The position numbers and the translations under genes were made by a program. A model generated the notes under the pieces. The model saw only the letters and a program-made list of their open reading frames with translations, was not told the origin of the DNA and did not search any database. This document shows, in pieces, positions 46,490 through 55,996 of a DNA stretch of 64,000 nucleotides (the stretch's first letter is position 1; the number at the start of each line of letters is the position of its first letter). The DNA is taken from the NCBI GenBank assembly GCA_965226495.1, contig OZ245365.1, forward strand, positions 160,001 to 224,000. Direction: 5' to 3'. The stretch is from Candidatus Marinacidobacterales bacterium. GTDB taxonomy: Bacteria; Acidobacteriota; Vicinamibacteria; Marinacidobacterales; DATDRI01.

Positions 46490-49378
46490 TCAGTTGGCCG
46501 GAACGAGCCGCCTCAACTCCTCGAACCAGTTGAGGACCACGTTGAGTTGCCTCGGTCGCGTCGATTGTTCTAACGCCTCGATCATCACGAATCGCTGCCC
46601 GTCGGGCGAGACGTCGTAGTTGGCACCAAACGAATTTGGTGCATAGTTTCCCTCGAACAAAACGACCGGCTTGGAGGCGATAAAAATTGGATCCGTCTCG
46701 TACGGGACCACCATCAACTTGTCGTCGGCTCGATAGAAGAGTTCTGCCCTCCGAGGGGACCACACCGGTTCCGTCCCACCTTCGGTCGAAACCAGCCACT
46801 TGCCGGCGAGGTCGGGGAAGGCCTGCACGTAGACTTCCGACTGACCCGACTCATCTGAGGTATACGCTAGCCACCGCCCATCGGGCGACAGCTTCGGGTG
46901 CTGCTCCTGCCACGGAGCCTGAAGCAAGAGCTCTGGTTTCCCGCCTCCCTCGATGGGAAGCACGCCGATATCCGTACCCGCGCCTCCATGTAATTGCACG
47001 AAGACCAGCACCTCGCCATCCGATGACCAGGAGGCAGGGCTCAGGCCCTTATCGTTTTCGGGCGGTGTCAGCTGGCGCACTTCGCGAGTGCCATCACTCC
47101 GCTTTATGAAGATGTCGGAAATGCTGCTGCTGCCGCTGCGGCCCTTAGCAAACGCCATCTGTCCTCCGTCAGGGGCCCACACTCCGTAAGCACCGGAATC
47201 GAACGTTAGGCGGGCTAAAGTGCCTCGCGCCAACTCATAGATCCAAATGTCCCTGGTTCCTTCCTCACTGTCAACGTTGAGAGCCAACCGCTGGCCATCC
47301 GGAGAGAAGCGAGGCAGCGAATAGCCCCCAGGCGCCTCGATTAGATTTCGAGATAGCCCTTGGCGATCGACCGACACCAACGCGTGCTCCGGCGTGAGGC
47401 TCGCAGAGCCTGTCACGTAGACCAACCTCCCGTTGCGCGAAGAGCTGAAGTTCACAGCGCCGCCGCTCTTGGTGAACACACCCTCCAAAACTGGAACGGG
47501 ATCACCAGTGACGGCAAGCCTGTCAAGGTCGAACGGTACCGCCCACAACGTCTCGTCGACGCCGTACACGACGTGTCCAGTGGGCACGTAATGCGGATTG
47601 CTGCCATTCTCAATGACGACGTTCTGATCACCATTTTCAAGCGAAAGTACGGCAATCCGGTTGCTTTCGGGCGTGAGGATGTTGAAGAGGATGGCGTCTC
47701 CGCCGGGCAGGAACTCCGGCCAAGCATGATCCATTTCGCCCCGCTCCGCATCAACGGTCGTCAACTCGTCCGGCTCGCCCCCAGCTGCCGCGACCCGTAA
47801 CAATCCCTTGCTCGCGAACGTCGAGAACACGATCGTGTCATCAGGCCCCCAACTTACGCCCTGGAGCGCCGAGTTCCACTGACAAATCGTCACAGATCCC
47901 CCGCCAAGGACGGAGACCTTTTTAAGGTTGTCGTTGTCGCTCCCGGCACTCACCTGGAACCCAACCCACTCCCCGTCGGGTGAGAAGAACGGGCTGCGCG
48001 CACGCTCGCTACCGAGGAGAGGCGTGGCTACGAACTGATCCAGGTCGCGGACGTAGAGGTGCCGACCCTCGTTACCACCAGTGCTGGTTAAATAGACAAT
48101 GCGCGTGCCGTCAGGGGAGAACGCCACGTCCTGATGAGCATCAGTCAGTTGCAACGATCCTTCCGGTGGCGTTGTCACGACAAACCGAGCGGGAGCAGGA
48201 GGTGGGGGCGATGGTTTGAAATTCCACACGGCAACACCGATGAGGGTACCTGCTACCGCCAAGGTGGCGAGCGCCAATGGTATGGCCCGCCGCCAAAACG
48301 CGCGCTCGGAAATTCCTGTTGGCAACGAACCGCCTTCAGCGATCCACGTCAACTCGTCTCTCAGGTCATGGGCAGAGTGCCACCGATCCTCGGGGTCCTT
48401 GGCCAGACATTTCGCAACGACCCGATCCAGCGTCGGAGGGATCACCGGCCGGAGGTTCGAGATCGTGGGAGGCTGGGAGTCCAAAATCGCCGCGAGGAGG
48501 CTGGCCTGACTCTTGCCTTCAAACGCTCGACGGCCCGTCACCATTTCGTAAAGCACGGAACCAAAGGCAAAGATGTCCGTGCGCGCATCGACTTTCTCGC
48601 CCTCGACTTGTTCCGGGGCCATGTACTGCAACGTGCCAACAATCGCACCTTCTCGTGTCATTTTGGTCGCGGTTGCGGCGTCAAGGTCGAGCTTGGAAGG
48701 GTCGGGTATCAGCTTCGCCAATCCAAAATCCAGAAGCTTCGCACCCGATTTTGTCAGCATGACGTTGCCGGGCTTCAGGTCTCGGTGCACCACGCCGTGA
48801 CGGTGTGCTTTATCGAGCGCGTCCGCGATCTCGATTCCATACTGCAGTGCTTGGTCCAAACGGAGCGCGCCCTTGGCGAGTCGCTCTGCCAGCGTCTCTC
48901 CCTCGATGTGCTCCATTACTAAGAAGTCGACTCCGTTTTCTTGGCCGACGTCGTAAAGTGTGCAGATGTGGGGGTGGTTCAGTTGAGAGATCGTGCGGGC
49001 CTCGCGCTCGAACCGTTCTCGGGCCTGAGGGTTTCCGGCGACATGAGACGGGAGCACCTTGACGGCAACCGTGCGATCGAGTCGCGTGTCGGTGGCTTCG
49101 TAGACTTGGCCCATCCCGCCCGCACCAATGAGGCGAACGAGTTTGTAGTGGCCGAGTTCGGTTCCGGGCGCGAGTTCCATGCTATCTACCACGGGGGTGT
49201 AATCGAGAAAGCCCTTCGCTTCTGCCTCTTCATGATTGGCCAGTAGCTCTTCGACCCGCTCTCGTAGCGCATCTTGTCCCGAGCACGCTTCGTCCAAGAA
49301 AGCGGCCCGCTCTCCTTTAGGGCGCTCGAGCGCGGCTTCGAGCAAGGCTGCGATACGCTCCCAAGAGTCCGGCTTCAA
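46490..49378 (-). CDS. Hanks-type Ser/Thr protein kinase with TM and PD40/TolB beta-propeller
   Basis: GAGGMG, VAVK, HRDLKPGN, DFG, YMAPE; repeated FSPDG. Confidence 0.93.
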   Translation of the reverse strand: MKPDSWERIAALLEAALERPKGERAAFLDEACSGQDALRERVEELLANHEEAEAKGFLDYTPVVDSMELAPGTELGHYKLVRLIGAGGMGQVYEATDTRLDRTVAVKVLPSHVAGNPQARERFEREARTISQLNHPHICTLYDVGQENGVDFLVMEHIEGETLAERLAKGALRLDQALQYGIEIADALDKAHRHGVVHRDLKPGNVMLTKSGAKLLDFGLAKLIPDPSKLDLDAATATKMTREGAIVGTLQYMAPEQVEGEKVDARTDIFAFGSVLYEMVTGRRAFEGKSQASLLAAILDSQPPTISNLRPVIPPTLDRVVAKCLAKDPEDRWHSAHDLRDELTWIAEGGSLPTGISERAFWRRAIPLALATLAVAGTLIGVAVWNFKPSPPPPAPARFVVTTPPEGSLQLTDAHQDVAFSPDGTRIVYLTSTGGNEGRHLYVRDLDQFVATPLLGSERARSPFFSPDGEWVGFQVSAGSDNDNLKKVSVLGGGSVTICQWNSALQGVSWGPDDTIVFSTFASKGLLRVAAAGGEPDELTTVDAERGEMDHAWPEFLPGGDAILFNILTPESNRIAVLSLENGDQNVVIENGSNPHYVPTGHVVYGVDETLWAVPFDLDRLAVTGDPVPVLEGVFTKSGGAVNFSSSRNGRLVYVTGSASLTPEHALVSVDRQGLSRNLIEAPGGYSLPRFSPDGQRLALNVDSEEGTRDIWIYELARGTLARLTFDSGAYGVWAPDGGQMAFAKGRSGSSSISDIFIKRSDGTREVRQLTPPENDKGLSPASWSSDGEVLVFVQLHGGAGTDIGVLPIEGGGKPELLLQAPWQEQHPKLSPDGRWLAYTSDESGQSEVYVQAFPDLAGKWLVSTEGGTEPVWSPRRAELFYRADDKLMVVPYETDPIFIASKPVVLFEGNYAPNSFGANYDVSPDGQRFVMIEALEQSTRPRQLNVVLNWFEELRRLVPAN

Positions 49379-49396
49379 ATGACTCGCCTCTTGACC

Positions 49397-50503
49397 TCAC
49401 CGTAGAGCCAAGCTCGGGCGGCACGCAATCCCCTCTTTACGGGAGTTAACGACATGGCCAGCCCTTTGAGCGTGAAAATAGCCCTGCACGGGCTGAAAAG
49501 TCAATGAGTACGCGGGCGCAGGCTCGCGCGCCTGGTCCGCTCCACCGCGATGACGCTCCATTACGTCGGTTCCGTACTCGCAATCCGCCAGATACTGGTT
49601 GTGTGTGGGACAAATCATCCGGATGTTCTCGGGACTGTGGTCTCCGCCGCGGGCATAGGGATCGTCGTGGTGGAATTGCAGTGCCTTCCGCTCGTTGCAG
49701 CGTCTACCTTGTGCGTCTACGAACGTGCAGCGATTTTCGTCCCGATCGCTCACCGCGCGCCTTACCGGGGCCGGGATGTAGCGTGAAGACGGCGAAGTGT
49801 CGGTGTCTTTGAGATCCCGTCTCGGCGCCCGCGTCCTACCGTAGCGCCTCGACTCCAACCTCTCCAGCTTCTCAGTGACAGCCTCTTCAATGATCGCGGC
49901 CAGGTCGCCTTCCGGCATGAGGCCACGCAGGCGCTCGATCTTGTCTTTCAGCTCCGTACTGGCCGTGAATTGGATTTTGTAGCGGGCAGGTGCGAGGGGC
50001 TCAACCGGCCTCAGCGCCGTGGCCTTTGGTAACACTACTGCGTCCGGGCGCAGTTGGGCGGGCGCGGGAAGCTTGCGTATCTTGGGCGCAACATCGGGCT
50101 TCGGCGCAACCTCTGCCACCAGCTCTTCGATCTTCGCCTTGGACTTGTGCGCCGCGCGCGGCAAAACGGTGTCCCGGTTCGCCTCCGTGAGGTGGGGCGA
50201 AAGCTTGGCGGCACCGGTCAGATGAATACGCCCGTCCTCGAGCATTTTCAAAAGCTCCGGGTGTCTTCGGGATGCGCGCGCGACTCGGATGCGGAGATAG
50301 GCCTCGGCTTCCGACATGTGTAAGACCTCGGTGCAGTAGGTAAACATCGAGGAACAAGCTTCCCGTGCGTAGAGGCGCCGCTCATCTACCTCAGCAATAT
50401 GCGCGACCAACTCTGACTCGACGCGTCGCGATTCTTCTACCAGCCCTGACAAGCGGCGGAGTAGCTCGTCATCCGAAATCGATTTCAATATCTGGCTAAA
50501 CAT
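49397..50503 (-). CDS. DUF222-like domain + HNH endonuclease (copy 2)
   Basis: Clear paralog of 16721-17899; C..C..QFHHDDPY..GG..NIRMICPTHN; AGGAGG RBS. Confidence 0.85.
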   Translation of the reverse strand: MFSQILKSISDDELLRRLSGLVEESRRVESELVAHIAEVDERRLYAREACSSMFTYCTEVLHMSEAEAYLRIRVARASRRHPELLKMLEDGRIHLTGAAKLSPHLTEANRDTVLPRAAHKSKAKIEELVAEVAPKPDVAPKIRKLPAPAQLRPDAVVLPKATALRPVEPLAPARYKIQFTASTELKDKIERLRGLMPEGDLAAIIEEAVTEKLERLESRRYGRTRAPRRDLKDTDTSPSSRYIPAPVRRAVSDRDENRCTFVDAQGRRCNERKALQFHHDDPYARGGDHSPENIRMICPTHNQYLADCEYGTDVMERHRGGADQAREPAPAYSLTFQPVQGYFHAQRAGHVVNSRKEGIACRPSLALR

Positions 50504-50746
50504 GTGCCGACCCTCCTAAGCACCAATATAACAACGTACTTTTCTTGGCCTTGAGATGACGTGAGTCGGAAGGAACGCGCTTTGACGACGTTTTTGTCTC
50601 GAAGATTGTAGGCGTTGACTAGAGCGTCAACGTCAGCTCGAGGGATGGCGCTGCGAAAGCATCAAAGAAGCTAGGAAAATTTGTTGCGGGATCTTGTCAA
50701 GAGAAAACCCAAATTTTTTTCTTGGAGGGACCTTGGGGGACATCGT

Positions 50747-50924
50747 TCAGTTGGCACGAGCGTCGAGGCGCCGAATCCCTTCCTCGCGTGCCACACGATA
50801 GGCCTGCGCGTATTCTTCCTCGTAGAGTCGGCGGTGGATCTCGGGGTAGCGTTCCGTTTTGCCCGCCGGGTAGGCGTGGACGCGTTCGGCGTCGAGCTCT
50901 CGAGTTCCATAAAGGCTGCCTCAT
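50747..50924 (-). pseudogene. Remnant of a PflX-like radical SAM gene (C-terminus, possibly joined to N-terminus)
   Basis: Frame reading YPAGKTERYPEIHRRLYEEEYAQAYRVAREEGIRRLDARAN* resembles PflX C-termini; GGAGG + ATG at 50924. Confidence 0.45.
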
Positions 50925-51083
50925 GGTTCCTCCGGGAGGTCGAAGTCGTTGAGCGCTAAGTATATCCGACGGGGAGGAGGCATGAAAAGGGATGTGGTAC
51001 CATGTTTCAGAAAATTTCCCAGGGAGGATGTTCGAAGACATTCGAGGGCGGTGAGGGAGGCCTCGCCGTCGCGCGGGAACCCG

Positions 51084-52727
51084 ATGGCTGCAAAGAAGAA
51101 GCGCCAGGATCCGTTTCGCGAGATCCAGAACTGTCTTCAAAAGCGAGACTACAAGAGTGCTCTAGGTTGGTTCCAAACGCTCCTCGAGAGGGAAAACAAG
51201 AACACACAGATTCGGCTCCGCTATGCCGATACCTTGGTGTTAGCCGGCAGCAAGAACGAAGCCATCAAGCAGTATCGCATCGTTGCCGACGAGCTGGCCG
51301 AGTCCGGGTTCATGATTCGCGCCATCGCGATCAATAAGAAGATCGTACAGCTCGATCCCCGCCAGACGGACGTACATCAGAAGCTCGCGGAAATGAACGA
51401 GACTCGTTCGAAAGGCCGCAGCGCCGCGATGGCTCAGCTGTCCTCTGCGCTTGTCAGCGATCCGGCGGTGGAAATGCCGCCCGCGTCCCCATCGTCTACA
51501 CCGCCTTTGCCGGCCGCCGCCGAGCCGCCTCCAGAGCCACAACTAGAAGCGGAGGCTCCGGCCGAGCCCACGATGAGTCTCGAGGACAGCCTGGCGATGG
51601 AGTTCGGGAGCTCACCGGCGCAGGGGACAACCGAGAGTCCTGGTGAGTCTCCGGTCGAAGAGGGGCCGGTCATTGAGGATGAAATTGCAATGGAACAAGG
51701 GCCCGCCACAGCAGACTTGCCCGAGTTGACGCAGCCCGTCGACTCGCCTGAGCCCGGCTCCGCCGAACCTCCCGAGGCAATGTCCGATCCAACATTTGAA
51801 TCGTTACCCCCCGTGATGGAAGACGTCGCGGAAGACGACGATTTGATTCTCCTCGACGAAGACGAGGCGTCGGGCCCGCTCTTAATAGAAGAAGAGAAGG
51901 ACGTCGAGATCACGCTCGACGCGACTCCACCCGGGCTGGAAGATGAGTCGCAAGGGTTCGAGATCGTGGCGGAGTCCGAGGTAGAGATTCCAGCCGCTGA
52001 CGCGGACTCCGGGCCCGATATCGAGTTCGAATTGGCCGACGGCGGACCCAGCTTCTCGGAGGGGCAGCCACTGGAAGGTCAAGAGGCACTCGAAAGTGAA
52101 GAAGCGGCGGTCGACTACGTGCTCGATTCGGCCGATGACCTGGGCGATGTCGAAGAAGGACCGGACGTCGAGTTCGATATCGAAATGGAGCCCGATGCCG
52201 CAGCCGACGGAGCGGATCCTTTGGTGGGAGTTCTGGGCGAGGACATCGATGCCCTCATCGATTCTATTATTGACGATGTCGGGAGCTCGGCGAGCGCCCC
52301 TCCCTCGCCTCCTCCGCAGTCCACCGAATCGCCGGGAGGGATCCCTCTGTTCTCCCAGCTAACCATGCAGGAGTTTATCGATGTGGCGGTCGTTCTCGAA
52401 CGACGTTCGGTAAAGACGGGCACGGTCATCGTGCAGGAGGGCGATCCCGGGGATTCCATGTTCATCGTGAGCACCGGCGAGGTCGATGCCACGGTGGAAG
52501 ACAACGGCAAGACAGTGAAAGTTCACAGCTTCAAGGACGGTGACTTTTTCGGTGAGATGGCGGTTTTGAGCGGTGAGCCGCGAACGGCAACGGTCACCGC
52601 GGTGAAGAGCACTGAGCTGCTAGAGCTCAGCCGCGATAATCTCCACAAGATTTTCTCGAAGCACCCCGACGTCGAGGCCAAGATACGCCTGGCCTACGAC
52701 GAGCGGGCGATGAACCCTCCCAAGTAG
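51084..52727 (+). CDS. TPR-like + long acidic linker + cyclic nucleotide-binding domain protein
   Basis: IVQEGDPGDSMF, GDFFGEMAVL..PRTATV; TPR-like N-terminus. Confidence 0.8.
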   Translation: MAAKKKRQDPFREIQNCLQKRDYKSALGWFQTLLERENKNTQIRLRYADTLVLAGSKNEAIKQYRIVADELAESGFMIRAIAINKKIVQLDPRQTDVHQKLAEMNETRSKGRSAAMAQLSSALVSDPAVEMPPASPSSTPPLPAAAEPPPEPQLEAEAPAEPTMSLEDSLAMEFGSSPAQGTTESPGESPVEEGPVIEDEIAMEQGPATADLPELTQPVDSPEPGSAEPPEAMSDPTFESLPPVMEDVAEDDDLILLDEDEASGPLLIEEEKDVEITLDATPPGLEDESQGFEIVAESEVEIPAADADSGPDIEFELADGGPSFSEGQPLEGQEALESEEAAVDYVLDSADDLGDVEEGPDVEFDIEMEPDAAADGADPLVGVLGEDIDALIDSIIDDVGSSASAPPSPPPQSTESPGGIPLFSQLTMQEFIDVAVVLERRSVKTGTVIVQEGDPGDSMFIVSTGEVDATVEDNGKTVKVHSFKDGDFFGEMAVLSGEPRTATVTAVKSTELLELSRDNLHKIFSKHPDVEAKIRLAYDERAMNPPK

Positions 52728-52768
52728 CCGGCTTCAAGCTTCTTTACTCCGTCGCTTCAGCCCACCGG

Positions 52769-53593
52769 TCAGCTACGCCCGTCCGGCAACTTCATGTACC
52801 GCGAGAGTACCCAGTCAGCCGCCCCGGGGAAGAAGCGGTTCAAGGCGACGATGAACCTGCCCGCTCTCGTCAGGAGGACTTCCCGGCGCGGCCTGCGGGC
52901 GCAGCTCCAGATAACCTCCGCAACTTCCTCGGCGCTCATGGCTTTGCGGCGTGGTTTTCCTCTTGTAGCGCCATAGGTGCCATAGGTGATTGTAGCTTCC
53001 GAGAACTCCGTGTCGGTGTAGCCGGGGCATACGACCGAGACTTCGACTCCCGTATCCTTGAGCTCCAAGCGCAGAGATTCGGATAGCCCCTGCAGCGCGA
53101 ACTTCGTGGCGCCGTACGCACCCGTCATCGGAAGAGCTCTCTTGCCTACGATTGACGAAACGTTGACGATGACGCCCTTCCTGCGTTCTTTCATTCCCGG
53201 GAGAACGGCCTGAATCGCATAGAGGGCGCCAAACGTGTTGACCTCGAAGACACGGCGAAGGTCTTCCTCGCGGACGTTTTCCAGGTAGGCGTAGATTCCG
53301 ACACCGGCATTGTTCACGAGCACGTCTAACCCCTCGAACGCGTCCTCGGCACGAGCCACCGATTCCGCAACCGCCTTTCGTGAGGCGACGTCGGTTACCA
53401 AGACCAACGCCTCACCTCCGAGATCATGCACTCGGGATGCGACTCGATGGAGATGGGTTTCCCGTCGAGCCAGTAGGGCGAGCCGTCCACCTTCACGAGC
53501 GAAACGGTAGGCCGTGGCTTCGCCGATCCCGCTCGACGCACCGGTGACTAGGGTCCGCAGTCCGCGAGGCCTCTCAGCCTCGCTCGCCGTCAT
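52769..53593 (-). CDS. Short-chain dehydrogenase
   Basis: TGASSGIG, NNAG, YGATK. Confidence 0.88.
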   Translation of the reverse strand: MTASEAERPRGLRTLVTGASSGIGEATAYRFAREGGRLALLARRETHLHRVASRVHDLGGEALVLVTDVASRKAVAESVARAEDAFEGLDVLVNNAGVGIYAYLENVREEDLRRVFEVNTFGALYAIQAVLPGMKERRKGVIVNVSSIVGKRALPMTGAYGATKFALQGLSESLRLELKDTGVEVSVVCPGYTDTEFSEATITYGTYGATRGKPRRKAMSAEEVAEVIWSCARRPRREVLLTRAGRFIVALNRFFPGAADWVLSRYMKLPDGRS

Positions 53594-53773
53594 GGGGTCG
53601 CCTTCTCGGAGGCGATATGGGCCTCGATGTTTTCTTGGATGTTCAGCTTCCCGAGCTTATAGGACGAGCGCTGGGCCGGGCCACACCCGGGCCAACTGAT
53701 GGGGCGAGCTCACTAATAATGTCGTGCTCTGTCTTTGCTGCATGACGCTCTAACGCGTCCCAGGATGAATGCG

Positions 53774-54283
53774 TCAGGGTTGACCGCCACCAGAACCGTA
53801 AAGCGGAAACTGGCGGCCTTTTACTTTTTTGTAGATCTCCGGAGCGACGGAGGGTCCTTGGCGTGAGCAGTGTTTGTCGAATGCGTCGGCGAGATTCTGG
53901 GAGACGTCTTGCTCGGTCATCCGCTCGATATGGCGCCGCTCTAGCATGTGAACGAGTTTGCCATCTTTGAATAGAGCGATCGCCGGCGAAGACGGTGCGA
54001 CTCCAACCATTTGCTCACGGGCGCGCTCCGTTGCCTCCCGATCGACTCCTGCGAAGACCATAGTTAAATGATCGGGGATCGTCTTGTGCTGGAGAGCGAC
54101 GCTTACGCCGGGACGTGCGGTTCCGCCGGCACAGCCGCAGACCGAATTGACCATAAGCAGGGTCGTACCTTCCTTTCGGATAGCTTCGTCGACCTCGTTC
54201 GAGCTCTTGAGCGGGGTCATACCACATTCTGCCAGCCCCTCCCACATCGGACGGACGGCCTCGGGGTCGTAAAGAGGTTGCAT
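53774..54283 (-). CDS. BrxA/BrxB family bacilliredoxin
   Basis: NSVCGCAGGTARPG, VFAGVDREAT, PSSPAIALFKDG. Confidence 0.85.
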   Translation of the reverse strand: MQPLYDPEAVRPMWEGLAECGMTPLKSSNEVDEAIRKEGTTLLMVNSVCGCAGGTARPGVSVALQHKTIPDHLTMVFAGVDREATERAREQMVGVAPSSPAIALFKDGKLVHMLERRHIERMTEQDVSQNLADAFDKHCSRQGPSVAPEIYKKVKGRQFPLYGSGGGQP

Positions 54284-54387
54284 TGTGCGATTCCTTTCTT
54301 CAGAAAAAACCAACCTAGCACCCTGACCATGGCAGGATCAAGTGATGCCTTTAATAGCTGTAGTATATAGGTCCAAAGGGGGACGAG

Positions 54388-54990
54388 ATGGCGACCTTCC
54401 GTTTGTGCCGAGCTGCTCGGTTGGGGATTTTTGTGCTGGGCTTTCTTTTCTTGCCCCTTGGTCCCGCCATCGGTCAGCACGGATTGGCCGGAACCTGGGA
54501 AGTCGACCCCGATGAAAGCGACGACATGGAGGAGAAGATCCGGGTGGGGATGGCGAGCATGAAAAGAGGTGGCCGCCGCGGTAGTGGTTCGCCCGACGCG
54601 TCCGAGGACCCGAATATCGCGCTGGCCCGATTGAAGGGTATGCGACAAATCATCAGGAATTTATCGGCGGCGGCCGACGAGCTGACGATCGAGGTCGAGG
54701 GTAGCGAGTTCCGCGTTGCCGGTGCCGGGGAAGGCCGCGTGCGAATATTCTATCTGGATGGGCAGAAGCACGTCCGGGAGACTCCGAACGGGACGAAGCT
54801 CGAGACCATCGCTCAGTGGAACGGCAAACAGGTTCTCATCGAGCAAGAGGCGAAAGACGAGGGAACCATCAATGAGGTGTACGAGCTCGGGCGGGAGCCC
54901 AACGAGCTCGTCGTGATCTTCCGTTTGAAGATCAAACAGCTCGAAGAACCGATTGTGATTAAGAGTGTCTACGGTGCCCTGACAGACTGA
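54388..54990 (+). CDS. Exported hypothetical protein
   Basis: Signal peptide, LAGTWEVDPDESD lipocalin-like start. Confidence 0.6.
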   Translation: MATFRLCRAARLGIFVLGFLFLPLGPAIGQHGLAGTWEVDPDESDDMEEKIRVGMASMKRGGRRGSGSPDASEDPNIALARLKGMRQIIRNLSAAADELTIEVEGSEFRVAGAGEGRVRIFYLDGQKHVRETPNGTKLETIAQWNGKQVLIEQEAKDEGTINEVYELGREPNELVVIFRLKIKQLEEPIVIKSVYGALTD

Positions 54991-55006
54991 CGGACGGTTG
55001 AAGTCA

Positions 55007-55037
55007 GAAAGACCCGGGAGGTGGCCCCCGGGTCTTT
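55007..55037. terminator. Bidirectional hairpin terminator
   Basis: AAAGACCCGGG-N9-CCCGGGTCTTT between convergent genes. Confidence 0.6.
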
Positions 55038-55061
55038 GCAGCGTAAGCAAACCGACGCGTT

Positions 55062-55760
55062 TCAGAATCGGAACTGAGCTGCCACGTTGGCGGTAAAGCC
55101 TTCCAGCCGATCGTCGAACCGACCGGCTGCTCCGATGAACCGATAACCCCCACCGAAACCGAGACGGAACTTCTCGGTCACGTTCAATGTGACATTGACC
55201 TCCGGCTCCATGACCAAAAACGTCTCTTCCACGTTGAGGATTCTACTGAGGTCGATGTCGTCGAAACGTCCGCCGAACCGCCCGATCAGGTTGTCGAGGT
55301 TGACGTTACCAAGGTCGAGGTTCCCCAAATCGAGATCCCCCAAGCCGAAGTTGCCCCGCCCGGGAAAACGACCGCGAAGAGGAAGCCCGCCCGAGTTGAA
55401 TAGGCTCAGGTTCGCCCTACCGGCACCGACCAAGCCCCTTACGGAAATGTTGGCCACGCGGGTCGGATTGAAGAAGTACTCGAGGACCGCGCCCCCGTAC
55501 TTCATGTCGGACTCGTTGCCCCCGTTGGTCTGAAAATAGGCGGCGCCGCCGATCAAGAATTTCTGATTGATCAGCCAGCCTCCGTAGAGGCCGGCCAGGC
55601 CCGCGAACTCCCCGTTGATTTCGGTGAACTTGTAGTCCGGAGCGATGAGAAAACTGCTCTCGATACCGCCCTGGGTCAGCGTCTGCGTGGTTTGGCCCAG
55701 GACGGGGCTGGTGAAGAGCAGCGTGATTCCCAGGATCGTGAAGATGGACTTTCTAAACAT
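55062..55760 (-). CDS. Outer-membrane beta-barrel protein, hypothetical
   Basis: Signal peptide, alternating beta strands, C-terminal Phe (QFRF). Confidence 0.65.
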   Translation of the reverse strand: MFRKSIFTILGITLLFTSPVLGQTTQTLTQGGIESSFLIAPDYKFTEINGEFAGLAGLYGGWLINQKFLIGGAAYFQTNGGNESDMKYGGAVLEYFFNPTRVANISVRGLVGAGRANLSLFNSGGLPLRGRFPGRGNFGLGDLDLGNLDLGNVNLDNLIGRFGGRFDDIDLSRILNVEETFLVMEPEVNVTLNVTEKFRLGFGGGYRFIGAAGRFDDRLEGFTANVAAQFRF

Positions 55761-55874
55761 CTCTACCTCAACTTTCTTTGTAGTGGCGCCTGGTCACATT
55801 GATTGCTGGCACCTTCCTCTTTTGGCGCCCAGCGGATGCGCACAAGTACTGGCTCAGTAGCCGTCGATCGCTAG

Positions 55875-55890
55875 AGCATTTCCTGTGCCA
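55875..55890 (-). promoter_or_regulatory. Sigma54 promoter of the beta-barrel gene
   Basis: Reverse strand TGGCAC-AGGAA-ATGCT. Confidence 0.6.
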
Positions 55891-55996
55891 CTGGCACTAC
55901 GGTAGTTCTACTGTCCAAACAAGGGTTTCGAGGTAACAGTCACGCGAATTTGTCCCTTTGCGGCGACAACCTGTCTACTTTGTTGGATTCGTACCG

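Noticed and set aside
53590-53700. HicB-like antitoxin fragment (LNIQENIEAHIAS) on the minus strand
   Set aside because: Too short, no start codon and upstream stops; similarity too weak to support
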